64,000 nt of DNA from Minisyncoccota bacterium (GCA_035353995.1 DAOQAL010000001.1:70867-134866), one strand, 5' to 3'; shown: positions 46,200-55,664, counted from the stretch's first letter. Numbers and translations are program-made. The notes: a model not told the origin generated them from the sequence alone.

Positions 46200-46921
46200 A
46201 TAATTTGGATAGAACCAAAAGTTTGTTTCAAAAAAGTTTCCAATTCTTTTCCTTTTATTTCTCTAGATTCATTTGGTTTTAAATTACCAAGAGCTATATT
46301 CATAATTCTTATTCTCTTTAAGTCAGATATTTCTTGAAATAATGCAGAGCACATTCTTCTGATCTGATGTTTTTTGCCCTCTGTAAGAACAATTTTAAAT
46401 GTAAAATTATCTATAATTTCTACTTTGCATTTTTTTGTAATATAACCTTCAATGTTTACTCCAGCTTCAATTTTTTGTTTAAAATTAGAACGTAATTTAT
46501 TTGATGTTTTTACTATATATTCTTTTTCATGAAAATATTTTGGATTCAGTAATCTGTCTGTAATACGTCCATCATTTGTAAGCAACATAAGTCCATGTGA
46601 TCCTTTGTCCAATCTTCCAATAGGGAATATGTCTTTTGGTAAGGATAAGCTTTTAACTTTTTCTTTTATATCTTTTTCAAAATATTGTGGCGAATGTGTA
46701 ATTATTCCTATTGGTTTATTATAAGCATAATATTTGTAAGCCTTTAAATTTTTATCTTCTTTAACTTGTACATCATCATTTTCATTTACCTTGCTACCTA
46801 AAACAGCTAGTTTGCCATTGATTAAAACCTTTTTGTTTTTTACTAATTCATCCGCTCCTTTTCTTGTCGCGATTTGTTTTAATGCTATATATTTATTTAT
46901 TCTCATTGGGTATTTGTCCAT
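46196..46921 (-). CDS. RsuA/RluB/RluF family rRNA pseudouridine synthase
   Basis: S4 domain MRINKY, GRLDK, LLTNDG, EGKKHQIRRM. Confidence 0.93.
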   Translation of the reverse strand: MDKYPMRINKYIALKQIATRKGADELVKNKKVLINGKLAVLGSKVNENDDVQVKEDKNLKAYKYYAYNKPIGIITHSPQYFEKDIKEKVKSLSLPKDIFPIGRLDKGSHGLMLLTNDGRITDRLLNPKYFHEKEYIVKTSNKLRSNFKQKIEAGVNIEGYITKKCKVEIIDNFTFKIVLTEGKKHQIRRMCSALFQEISDLKRIRIMNIALGNLKPNESREIKGKELETFLKQTFGSIQII

Positions 46922-47008
46922 TAGTCCAATATAGCATTTAATTTAAAAACAAAAAAACACCTCGGAAAGGTCTTCGAAGTGTTTTTTTGATCTAATAATA
47001 TTTGGTTG

Positions 47009-47476
47009 TTAATTTTTTATATCATCTTCTGATTTTATAGATATATTTTGAGCGCTTATACTACCATCTGTATTTGTTGTACCAATAATATTTACATTTT
47101 TTCCAACCTCTATATCAGAAATTGCTCCATCGATTGTTTTTGAAACAGTAGTTGTTCCTGTGTAAAAAATTATTTTTGATCCTGATCCAGATGAATCTGT
47201 ATTTTTCCCAGTATCGTTACTTTGTGTAGGAGATTTTAATTGTACAGTTATACTATTTTCATCTTTTGCCATAACTGTTCCATTTATCATTCCATTTCCA
47301 TTCTGGTTTTTTTGTTCCATAGTATTTGGATTTTGTCCTCCTGGTCCAAAGCTTGCCCCAGCTTGTCCTTGTGGTCCATTATTATTTGAACCAGAAAGCT
47401 TACTACCTGCGTAGAAAGATACTACTGCCAAGATGATAAAACCAGCTATTAAATATATTGTTTTTTTATTTTTCAT
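47009..47476 (-). CDS. Membrane-anchored OB-fold (DUF5666-like) protein
   Basis: TM, Gly/Gln linker, NGTVMAKDENSITV...DIEVGKNVNIIG...DGSISA. Confidence 0.7.
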   Translation of the reverse strand: MKNKKTIYLIAGFIILAVVSFYAGSKLSGSNNNGPQGQAGASFGPGGQNPNTMEQKNQNGNGMINGTVMAKDENSITVQLKSPTQSNDTGKNTDSSGSGSKIIFYTGTTTVSKTIDGAISDIEVGKNVNIIGTTNTDGSISAQNISIKSEDDIKN

Positions 47477-47502
47477 ATTTTTCTAATAAAATTATTAATA
47501 AA

Positions 47503-48726
47503 TTATTCATATCTTAGCGCATCGATTGGGTTTAAATTTGCCGCACGATGAGCTGGATAATAACCAAATAAAATACCTATTACTGCAGAAACACCGAAAG
47601 CAAGAAGAACAGAAGATAAAGAGACTGATGCTTCTATACTACTGAAATATCCTATTCCTATTGAAATTAGCCAGCCTAAAATTACTCCGGCAATTCCACC
47701 TATAAATGTGAGCATTGTAGCCTCAAATAAAAATTGATTATTTATATCTCTTTTTTTTGCACCAATTGCTTTACGTAAACCAATTTCACGTGTTCGTTCT
47801 GTAACTGTAGTTAGCATCATGTTCATAATTCCTATACCCCCAACTAAAAGGGAAATACCAGCAACAGCAGCAAGTAATGTTGTAAATGTACTAGTTACAC
47901 TTGATGCTGTTTCTATTATGTCTGACTGATTCATTGTGCTGAAATCTGCATCTTCGCTATTTTCAATATCATGTAGTTCGAGCAACAAAGTAGTGATATC
48001 CTCTTGGACTTGTGATGAAACCTCAGAGCTTGTTGCAGATACATCTATTTCGCTTAAATACTTATTTCCAGATAAATATCTTTGTGCAGTGGTATATGGA
48101 ATATAAACAATATCATCACTATTACTAAAGCCAGATCCACCTTTTGATTCCGTTATTCCTATTATTGTATATTCTGATCCAGAAATTCTTATTTTTTGTC
48201 CAATTACGTCTGTAGCATCTTCACCAAAAAGATCATCTCTTGTTGTTGGACCCAGAACTGCTACCTTAGATCCGCTTGATACATTTTGTTCTGATATGAA
48301 ATTACCTTCAGCAATAGAAACATTTCTGACTGTTTGATAAGAAGATTCTGTTCCCATGATACTTGTATTTGTATTAGTACCAGTTGCTACTACTTGTTGT
48401 CTTGTACTTACTTCACGAACTAAGTCATCAACATTTGAAATTTGATTTTCAATGGCATCTGCATCCTCTAGTGTTAATGATTGTGCGCCACCTCTTGCAC
48501 CGCTAGGTCCACCAAAAGATTTTTGTGCTCCGGGTGTGATCATTACTAAATTAGCTCCTATTGATTCAATCTGTGAAGATACTGAATTTTGTGCTCCTTG
48601 CCCTATTGCTGTCATTGCTATGACAGATGCAATACCAATAATAATTCCAAGCATTGTAAGCCCAGTGCGAACTTTGTTAGTGAATAAAGCAGAATATGTT
48701 TCATGTAATATATCTCTTATTTTCAT
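47503..48726 (-). CDS. MacB/FtsX-like ABC permease
   Basis: LTMLGIIIGIASV, GGIGIMNMML, ERTREIGLRKAIGA, PIDALRYE. Confidence 0.94.
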   Translation of the reverse strand: MKIRDILHETYSALFTNKVRTGLTMLGIIIGIASVIAMTAIGQGAQNSVSSQIESIGANLVMITPGAQKSFGGPSGARGGAQSLTLEDADAIENQISNVDDLVREVSTRQQVVATGTNTNTSIMGTESSYQTVRNVSIAEGNFISEQNVSSGSKVAVLGPTTRDDLFGEDATDVIGQKIRISGSEYTIIGITESKGGSGFSNSDDIVYIPYTTAQRYLSGNKYLSEIDVSATSSEVSSQVQEDITTLLLELHDIENSEDADFSTMNQSDIIETASSVTSTFTTLLAAVAGISLLVGGIGIMNMMLTTVTERTREIGLRKAIGAKKRDINNQFLFEATMLTFIGGIAGVILGWLISIGIGYFSSIEASVSLSSVLLAFGVSAVIGILFGYYPAHRAANLNPIDALRYE

Positions 48727-49427
48727 ATATGTTTTACTTTTTTATCACTAATTAAATGACCGTCTCTAATAAATAAAATTCTATCTGCATGTTCTGCTAC
48801 ATCCTGTTCGTGAGTTATAAGAACAATTGTTCTACCAAGTTCTTTATTTAATTTCTGAAATGTTGCTAAAACTATTTCTCCAGTTTTTGTGTCAAGATTT
48901 CCAGTTGGTTCATCGGCTAAAATAAGGGAAGGATTATTTACTAAAGCTCTTGCTATTGCAACACGTTGAATTTGTCCTCCCGATAATTGATTTGAAAGAT
49001 GGGTGAAGTGCCCTTCATCAAGACCTGCAGCAATAAGAGATTTTTTTGCTCTTTCTTCTCGTTTTCCTCTTTCAATTCCATCATAAACAAGCGGAAGCAT
49101 AACATTTTTTAGTACAGTTGTTCTCGGTAGAAGATTGAAAGATTGGAATACGAAGCCTATTTCATCTTTTCTTATGTCAGCTAATTGATCATCAGACAGT
49201 GTCGAAACATCTTTATCAGCAAGAAAATATGTGCCCGATGTTGGATTATCTAATGCTCCAAGTATATGCATTAATGTTGATTTTCCTGATCCTGATGGAC
49301 CCATTATTGCTACAAATTCTCCGTCATCTATTTTAAAGGAAACATTGTCAAGCGCGGTAAATTCTACATCTCCAGTCTTATATATTTTTGTTATATTTTT
49401 AATTTCAATCATATATTTTAATTTCAA
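48723..49427 (-). CDS. MacB/LolD-like ABC ATPase
   Basis: GPSGSGKST, LSGGQIQRVAIARAL, LADEPTGNLD. Confidence 0.94.
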   Translation of the reverse strand: MKLKYMIEIKNITKIYKTGDVEFTALDNVSFKIDDGEFVAIMGPSGSGKSTLMHILGALDNPTSGTYFLADKDVSTLSDDQLADIRKDEIGFVFQSFNLLPRTTVLKNVMLPLVYDGIERGKREERAKKSLIAAGLDEGHFTHLSNQLSGGQIQRVAIARALVNNPSLILADEPTGNLDTKTGEIVLATFQKLNKELGRTIVLITHEQDVAEHADRILFIRDGHLISDKKVKHI

Positions 49428-49430
49428 TTT

Positions 49431-51095
49431 TTAGTCAGGTGGACCTCCTCCCATTACTCCTCCCATCATTGACCCTGTGGATGACTTTGTTGATGAAGAA
49501 GATGATTTTGTACTTGTTGTGCTAGAAGAAGACGTTGTTCCTTTTATTGTTTTTGTTACAACAATATCTCCCTCTTTTAATCCTGAAGTTATTTCAGTTC
49601 TTGTGTCGTCTGATATTCCGATTTCAACGGTTGTTTGTTCTGGTTCAGTACTAGACACAGATCCTTGAGTTCCATCTGTTGATTCAGATAGTGCATTTGC
49701 AAATGTTTCTACATAAGACGTGTCTCCTTTGGTTTTTAATGCACTGCTTGAAACAACAAGTACATCTTGTTTTACATCTGTAATAATTGTTGCGCTTACT
49801 GTCATTCCAGGTTTTACACGATCGTCTTGAGCGTCAAATTTTATTTTGACGTCATATGTAACAACTCCAGAACTTACTGTTCCAACAGAATCTATTTCTG
49901 CAACTTCTCCTGTTATTGTTAAATCTTCAATAGCATCAAATGAAACTGTAGCTTTTTGTCCAAGTTCAACTTTTGCTGCATCAACTTCATTTAACGAAAT
50001 AGTTGCTACTCTTTGATCTGTAATAATTGTTCCCAATGTTCCCGAAGAAGTATCTCCAACTTCTACGTCAACACTGGAAATTTTTCCATCAAATGGTGCA
50101 GTGACATAATAATCTGAAAGGTCATCTTTTGCGTCTTGTAGAGCATTTTCTTTTTGCTTAATAGAAATATCGGATGATTGTGTTTCTATATTTGCAGTTT
50201 CAAATGCTTCCTTGCTATCTTTTATTGTTGATTCAGCGGAAGAAATATCAGTCAAGTCTCCATTTATTGTATTTGCTTCTGATGATAGTGTACTTTGATA
50301 TGTCGAATAATCTGAAGAACTAATAGCATCATCAGCCATGTAATTTACAAAACTCTGTAAACTTTTTATTGCCTCAGACGCAAGCTTAGTTGTTTTGTAA
50401 GTTTCACTCATTATCGAATCTATATCTTCGCTAGTTGCTGAATTGCGATCAAGTAATCTAAATGTTGCTCTATTACTCTTGAAAGATTTTTGAGCTTGAT
50501 AGAAAGCTGTTTCAGCCTTTTCTCTATAATCTTGTGCAGTTGTTCCAGTTAATCTAGCTGAATTTTGAGATAAAATACTTTCTCCAAGCAAACTATCAAG
50601 TTCGTCAAATGTTGATTGTAAGTCTGTAAATGTGTTTGATAGGGTATTAAAGCCATCATCATAAGCTTTTTCTAAATCATCGTTCATTGTTTCTTCTGAA
50701 TTTTGCAACTGTGTTTGTTTATATGACAACTTTGCACTCTCTAAACTAATTTCTGCATCTCGAACAGCTTTTTGTGCTTCAGTACTGTCTATTGAAAAAA
50801 GAGTTTTCCCTTTTTTAACCTGATCACCAGCAGATACACCAATGTAAGTTATTTTGCCAGTAGCATCTGCTGTAAGATCAATTGAATTTGAAGCGGAGAC
50901 TTGTCCTGTGCCAGTTATCGAAGAAATAATTGTTCCTTTTTCTACTACAGCAGTTACATATCTTGTTTCACCAGAAGTGTCAGATATTTTTTTATAGCCA
51001 TAAAATCCTAAAGCTAGAATTACTATGAGAACTATTATGCTCAACTTTTTATGACTTTTTATATAAAGTTTTATTTTATTGAATTTTTCCTTCAT
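49431..51095 (-). CDS. MacA/HlyD-like efflux adaptor with a long helical hairpin
   Basis: TGQV, GDQVKKG, APFDGKI, KPGMT, SGLKEGDIVV. Confidence 0.9.
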   Translation of the reverse strand: MKEKFNKIKLYIKSHKKLSIIVLIVILALGFYGYKKISDTSGETRYVTAVVEKGTIISSITGTGQVSASNSIDLTADATGKITYIGVSAGDQVKKGKTLFSIDSTEAQKAVRDAEISLESAKLSYKQTQLQNSEETMNDDLEKAYDDGFNTLSNTFTDLQSTFDELDSLLGESILSQNSARLTGTTAQDYREKAETAFYQAQKSFKSNRATFRLLDRNSATSEDIDSIMSETYKTTKLASEAIKSLQSFVNYMADDAISSSDYSTYQSTLSSEANTINGDLTDISSAESTIKDSKEAFETANIETQSSDISIKQKENALQDAKDDLSDYYVTAPFDGKISSVDVEVGDTSSGTLGTIITDQRVATISLNEVDAAKVELGQKATVSFDAIEDLTITGEVAEIDSVGTVSSGVVTYDVKIKFDAQDDRVKPGMTVSATIITDVKQDVLVVSSSALKTKGDTSYVETFANALSESTDGTQGSVSSTEPEQTTVEIGISDDTRTEITSGLKEGDIVVTKTIKGTTSSSSTTSTKSSSSSTKSSTGSMMGGVMGGGPPD

Positions 51096-51582
51096 TTTGT
51101 TGTTTCATTAAATTATTTAATAAATCTGGCTCTGGCATTACTCGTATAAACTTTGCTTCTATTTGCCCGTTATCATTAGGTGTACCAATTACGGTTATAA
51201 AATCATCAATAGCAAGATCAGTTGATTTTAATTCTGATTTCATTTTCTGTATTTTAGTATCATCTTTTATCACAACTACTTTTTCTGTATTATCTCTGTC
51301 TTGTACTATTATGTTTGGCAATTCGATTTTAATTATTTTGCCATTTGCACCGTGGGCATTTGGAAAATTATTTTCATTTAATCCAAAACGTGGTTGCATC
51401 ATACCAAAATTTCTTTGATAATTATCGCCCCAATCATGTCCGAAAGATGCCTTATGAAAACCAACTGACATTCCAGCTGAAAAAACCAAAGCAAACACTA
51501 ACACTATTCCTACTCCATACAAAATTCCAACTAAAATTTTTGACTCAAATATTTTTAATATTTTTTCGTGTATTTTTCTCAT
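51076..51582 (-). CDS. Membrane-anchored OB-fold (DUF5666-like) protein
   Basis: TM, HGANGKIIKI...DLAIDDFITVIGTPNDNGQIEAKFIRV. Confidence 0.7.
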   Translation of the reverse strand: MRKIHEKILKIFESKILVGILYGVGIVLVFALVFSAGMSVGFHKASFGHDWGDNYQRNFGMMQPRFGLNENNFPNAHGANGKIIKIELPNIIVQDRDNTEKVVVIKDDTKIQKMKSELKSTDLAIDDFITVIGTPNDNGQIEAKFIRVMPEPDLLNNLMKQQNEGKIQ

Positions 51583-51586
51583 ATTT

Positions 51587-52015
51587 TTATACAGGCCTTG
51601 CCTGCAAGAATGATGATGTTAATTGACCTTTAATAATTTGTTTCATTGCATAACGTAAACATAAAAAGAAAATGAATATAAGAGTTAAGGAATAAAGTGT
51701 GCTTGCCATAGGCAGTGATTCAGTAATGGAAAAAGCAAATTCCTTCCAGTATGTGACAAGAATATCTTTGTTTGAAAAGGCCATTGATAAATACTGATAA
51801 AAACCCGATTGTGATAGATCGGACAATAACGTTTTAAACATAAAAATAAAACCAACTAGTGATGTCGTTCCTAAAAACGAAAAAATGCCCAGTTTTACTT
51901 TTAAGGCATGCTTTTTTTGTTTAATTATTCGCTTCCAAACCACTAAAGGTAAATCTTCATTTGCCATATAGCAGGTTTTTTTAAAAGCCTTAGCTAATTC
52001 TTTATTCATACTCAT
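51587..52015 (-). CDS. Membrane protein, putative anti-sigma factor
   Basis: Directly follows an ECF sigma; short cytoplasmic N-terminus and two TMs. Confidence 0.6.
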   Translation of the reverse strand: MSMNKELAKAFKKTCYMANEDLPLVVWKRIIKQKKHALKVKLGIFSFLGTTSLVGFIFMFKTLLSDLSQSGFYQYLSMAFSNKDILVTYWKEFAFSITESLPMASTLYSLTLIFIFFLCLRYAMKQIIKGQLTSSFLQARPV

Positions 52016-52017
52016 AT

Positions 52018-52045
52018 ATACGATAGATGAGTATGTTTTGGTGCA
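52018..52045 (-). promoter_or_regulatory. Candidate ECF-type promoter
   Basis: TGCACC-N16-TCGTAT (compare SigW-type TGAAAC-N16-CGTA), directly upstream of ATG 52015. Confidence 0.5.
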
Positions 52046-52047
52046 AA

Positions 52048-52605
52048 TTATTTTATTTTTCTTCTTAATTCTAGAATTGCTCTATAGTGCCAGCTTTTTA
52101 TTGTATTTAAAGGTTTATCCAAAATTTTTCCTATTTCTTCGAATGTCATTTCTTCCTGATAGTGTAATGTTAAGACAGTTTTATAATTTATTGAAAGTTC
52201 GTCTAATAATTTATTTAGCAAAACAGAGTCTTGCAACTTTTGTATTTCTTCGTCAGGTAGAAGATTTTCGTCCTCTATTGTTTCTGAGAAATCTATATAG
52301 TCTTCTGTGATTATATTTGAAAAAGAAATACTTTTCTTTTTTTTCAAAAAATCATAACAAGTATTTTTAGAAATAATAAAAATCCATGTTTTAAAACTGG
52401 ATTTTTCTACATCAAACTTTTTTAAATTTTTCCAAACTTTTATGAAAATGTCTTGAACAATATCAGAAGCGTACTCTTTTCCTACTATTCGTGCTGTAAG
52501 GTTAAAAACTGAAGGTGAGTATCTTTCAATTAGTTCCTTGAAAGTATCTTCATTCCCATCTTTGTATGAATCAATTAACTCTTTGTCAGTTTTTTCGTAC
52601 GACAT
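52048..52605 (-). CDS. ECF (sigma-70 group 4) RNA polymerase sigma factor
   Basis: DIVQDIFIKVW, FKTWIF, EMTFEEIGKILDKPLNTIKSW; start reassigned to MSYEKT because the longer ORF overlaps a tRNA. Confidence 0.93.
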   Translation of the reverse strand: MSYEKTDKELIDSYKDGNEDTFKELIERYSPSVFNLTARIVGKEYASDIVQDIFIKVWKNLKKFDVEKSSFKTWIFIISKNTCYDFLKKKKSISFSNIITEDYIDFSETIEDENLLPDEEIQKLQDSVLLNKLLDELSINYKTVLTLHYQEEMTFEEIGKILDKPLNTIKSWHYRAILELRRKIK

Positions 52606-52638
52606 AGGATAAATAATAGCATGTAACAAAGCACCTTG

Positions 52639-52710
52639 TCCTCTCGGCAGGAATCGAACCTGCATCATAACTTCCGCAAAGTTACGTCCTATCCATTGAA
52701 CGACGAGAGG
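52639..52710 (-). tRNA. tRNA-Arg(GCG)
   Basis: Reverse strand: acceptor CCTCTCG/CGAGAGG, stem TAACT/AGTTA, loop TTGCGGA, GGTTCGATTCC. Confidence 0.92.
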
Positions 52711-52770
52711 ATTGCAACAATATGTTGCATATTTTAGATTAACAGTTTTTGTTAAAAAATCAAAATAGAA

Positions 52771-53235
52771 TTAAAAACCTAGAACTTCCATTATTTTATT
52801 TGAGAAATGTTCCTTCATTTCTTCTTCAACAATATTATTTTTTAGCATTACATCATGAATTTTATTTGCAGAAGAAAGTTCTATCGGTATCGAAATTATT
52901 GGCATAATTACTCTTTTAGTTTTTACAAAAAGAGTTGGTTTTGTTTCTTTTTGTACCCAAAAACATTTTATATCTTCAAAAGGGTAGAGAATATTATGGA
53001 TTTTCAAACCGTCCTCATTTAATTCGTAAGAAATTACCTCTGGTTTTTTTACTGCAAAATATCCAAGCATTACTCCACCTATTACTAACAATGCTGCAAA
53101 AAAATAATTTTTAAAAATAATTGAAGCAGCAGCACTTGCCACAATAATAACACCAAGAGCCCAGAACCAGTCTATGTTTCTTTCTTTCTCTTCGTATTCA
53201 AGCATAGACCATTCAATTTTTTCTCCTTTTTCCAT
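52771..53235 (-). CDS. Conserved-looking membrane hypothetical protein (two TMs plus a PH-like soluble domain)
   Basis: IEWSMLEYE..RNIDWFW, two TMs, LNEDGLKI. Confidence 0.75.
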   Translation of the reverse strand: MEKGEKIEWSMLEYEEKERNIDWFWALGVIIVASAAASIIFKNYFFAALLVIGGVMLGYFAVKKPEVISYELNEDGLKIHNILYPFEDIKCFWVQKETKPTLFVKTKRVIMPIISIPIELSSANKIHDVMLKNNIVEEEMKEHFSNKIMEVLGF

Positions 53236-53329
53236 AACTTGATTATATCAAACTGCTTCTTATTTAGAAAGGCAAGAAAGAGTGTTATCTATAATAGATG
53301 CAAATTTTAATAGTATCTCGCACGAAAAA

Positions 53330-54094
53330 TTATTTATTATTTAATAATTTTATATAATTTTCGTTTAGACCCCCGAGTCTAAATATAATTCCTGTTTTAA
53401 TATTATTCACTTTCATAAAATCTATATCATTTTTAAGTGACTCAATAGAAAGAATTGGCTCATCCCCAAGTACTCCTACTGCAATAGTTCCTAAGCCAAG
53501 CTGTAAATTTGGGTTAAGTTTTCTTACTTTAGTAATTTCATTTCTTATTAATTTTAATTTTAATTTATTAGAGATCATGCTTGTGTAATACATAATACAT
53601 TGTGTATGTTTATATTTTTTAACATTAAAAGAAATACCAAGCAGACGATATATTAAATTAATACCAATAAAGAATGGTGGGTATTCTGCTGTCACAATAT
53701 TTATATTGTGACTTAGTGCTTCTTGAAAGAATTTTTTTATAATCTTTTTATTCTTCCAAAAAGAGAAAAAGTTTTTGAAATATAATTCTTTATGTTTCAT
53801 TAGAGGAAGTTCAAGATCTATTAATACAGTAAGAGGTTCATTAATTGAAAAAATTTCTTTTATAAAATTTTGTAAATCTTTCGTGTTAGAAAATGGAGAA
53901 ATCCAATATGAATTTGGAATTATTGGCCAATATGCAGTAGAGATATTTGAATTAATTGAGGTAAGTAATTTTTTATTTTCTTTGTATTCATTAAAAGAAT
54001 TTGCAGTAAGAAAAATAGTTGATTTAAAATCAATTAATTTAGCTTTTTCTAGATTTTCAAAAGTCGGGTATTCTTCAAAGAAATTAAATCTCAT
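53330..54094 (-). CDS. Hypothetical protein (254 aa) downstream of tRNA-Ser
   Basis: Start reassigned to MRFNFF (TATAAT just upstream); the longer ORF runs through a palindromic element. Confidence 0.75.
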   Translation of the reverse strand: MRFNFFEEYPTFENLEKAKLIDFKSTIFLTANSFNEYKENKKLLTSINSNISTAYWPIIPNSYWISPFSNTKDLQNFIKEIFSINEPLTVLIDLELPLMKHKELYFKNFFSFWKNKKIIKKFFQEALSHNINIVTAEYPPFFIGINLIYRLLGISFNVKKYKHTQCIMYYTSMISNKLKLKLIRNEITKVRKLNPNLQLGLGTIAVGVLGDEPILSIESLKNDIDFMKVNNIKTGIIFRLGGLNENYIKLLNNK

Positions 54095-54146
54095 GAATGT
54101 ATTATATACGATATTGTAGAAATAGATTACATCTAGTGCCAGCACG

Positions 54147-54322
54147 GCTTTGTGGAGGCGGTGAGAACACGAGTACGTTTTTCTCCCTCGACTAAATTTT
54201 TTGTCGACACAAAAAATTTGTCTGGTCACCGACTCATACATTTTTTCTACTGAAAAAATGATATTCCGTCGTTCTCATCTCACACGAAAGCCAAGCAGTT
54301 GGCTTTCTCGCCTCCGCAAAGC
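54147..54322. repeat. Multi-hairpin palindromic element bounded by tRNA-Ser 3'-end-derived inverted repeats
   Basis: GCTTTGTGGAGGCG/CGCCTCCGCAAAGC ends; internal hairpins AAATTTTTTGT-CGAC-ACAAAAAATTT, CATTTTTTC-TACT-GAAAAAATG, GAAAGCCAA-GCAG-TTGGCTTTC. Confidence 0.8.
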
Positions 54323-54344
54323 TTTTGCTTCGCGAAAACCTTTG

Positions 54345-54429
54345 CGGAGGCGGTGAGATTCGAACTCACGGTGCCTTGCGACACTCCGGTTTTCAAGACC
54401 GGTGCACTAAACCACTATGCGACGCCTCC
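54345..54429 (-). tRNA. tRNA-Ser(TGA)
   Basis: Acceptor GGAGGCG/CGCCTCC, stem CCGGT/ACCGG, loop CTTGAAA, long variable arm. Confidence 0.95.
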
Positions 54430-54506
54430 TTTATTATCTTTAATTTTTCTCGAACATTACTTTTTAGTATATATACACTATAATTCATATGAGATTATGT
54501 GTTTTT

Positions 54507-54552
54507 ACTAAACCACTACCCCGAAGGGGCCCCCTAGGGGTGCGACGCCTCC
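54507..54552 (-). pseudogene. Duplicated 5' 24 nt of tRNA-Ser interrupted by a 22-nt double hairpin
   Basis: ACTAAACCACTA[CCCCGAAGGGGCCCCCTAGGGG]TGCGACGCCTCC versus the uninterrupted copy at 54406-54429. Confidence 0.85.
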
Positions 54553-54634
54553 GTATATCAAACACTACTTTATTTTTAGCTTTTTTTCAAGGGCTGTAAA
54601 TTAAAATACCCCGACATGCGGGGCATTTTAATTT

Positions 54635-54880
54635 CTATTTTTTAGGTTTAAAAGAAAGAAGTCTTTTAAATGCTCTTCCTACATCAGACCATTTCTTCTT
54701 TGCTACTCCGAAAACATATATCACTTCTAGTAATCCAAAAGTATTAACTATTAAAAGAACAATAAACCAGATTTTGTTGTTGTTCTTAACAGTTGTCCAA
54801 AGTGCATAACCCTTCCAAGGAATAACCCAGAAAATCATTATTAATAAAAATATTAAATTGTTTCCTGCTAAATTTTGCAT
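54635..54880 (-). CDS. Small membrane protein (DUF5652-like)
   Basis: WKGYALW...WFIVLLIVNTFGLLEVIY. Confidence 0.8.
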   Translation of the reverse strand: MQNLAGNNLIFLLIMIFWVIPWKGYALWTTVKNNNKIWFIVLLIVNTFGLLEVIYVFGVAKKKWSDVGRAFKRLLSFKPKK

Positions 54881-54925
54881 AACTTTATTATATCATAAAA
54901 CTATTTTTTGTGATAATATGCAAAT

Positions 54926-55348
54926 ATGAAATTTTTAGGTATAGATTATGGCTCAAAAAGGATTGGTATTGCCATATCAGACGAACAGGGGCGTATTGCT
55001 TTTCCAAGAAATATTTTGTTAAATAACAAAGAAGTTTTTGAAAAAATTAGTGATTTAATAGAAAAAGAAAAGATAGAAGAAATTGTAATAGGGGAATCCA
55101 CAGATTTTAAAGGTAAACCAAATATTATCTCAAAAGATATAGAAATTTTTATTGAAAAACTTTTTAATAAATTTAAATTAAGAATCCATAAGCAAAAAGA
55201 ATTTTTAACTTCTGTAGAGGCTCGAGGGCACGAAGGAAAAGTAAAAAATAATGCAAGAAAAATTAGAAAAGTAGAAAATAAAAAGGTCGACGATTCTGCA
55301 GCAGCATTGATATTACAAAGATTTTTGGACAAAAATGATAAACATTGA
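54926..55348 (+). CDS. yqgF: YqgF/RuvX family pre-16S rRNA nuclease
   Basis: LGIDYGSKRIGIAISD, EFLTS, DDSAAALILQRFLD. Confidence 0.92.
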   Translation: MKFLGIDYGSKRIGIAISDEQGRIAFPRNILLNNKEVFEKISDLIEKEKIEEIVIGESTDFKGKPNIISKDIEIFIEKLFNKFKLRIHKQKEFLTSVEARGHEGKVKNNARKIRKVENKKVDDSAAALILQRFLDKNDKH

Positions 55349-55664
55349 AGATTTTAAAAAAATAGAATTAACTGTCGGGGAAATTCTTTCTGCGGAAAAA
55401 ATTCCAGATACAGATAAACTTTTAAAATTGTCGGTTAATTTGGGAGAAGAAAAACCAAGACAGATTGTTTCTGGAATAGCTCTGTATTATCCAGACATTA
55501 ATGTTTTGATAGGTAAAAAATGTTTTTTTGTTTCTAATTTGGAGCCAAGAATTATACGAGGTATAGAAAGTCAGGGTATGATTTGTGCTCTTTCTGATTC
55601 TAATGGACTTTTTTCTTTAGTTGTTCCAGAAAAAGATGTTCCGCCAGGAACAAAAGCTAAATAA
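55335..55664 (+). CDS. Stand-alone tRNA-binding OB-fold protein (MetRS C-domain/Trbp111/CsaA-like)
   Basis: IEDFKKIELTVGEI, DKLLKL, RQIVSGI, GIESQGMI. Confidence 0.88.
   Translation: MINIEDFKKIELTVGEILSAEKIPDTDKLLKLSVNLGEEKPRQIVSGIALYYPDINVLIGKKCFFVSNLEPRIIRGIESQGMICALSDSNGLFSLVVPEKDVPPGTKAK

Noticed and set aside
49431-49540. Ser/Thr/Gly-rich repeats in the adaptor tail (also in the M23 linker)
   Set aside because: Ordinary low-complexity linkers, not DNA tandem repeats
54299-54511. 70-aa ORF, and similar ORFs at 58315-58590 and 60156-60415
   Set aside because: They are antisense readings of tRNA genes
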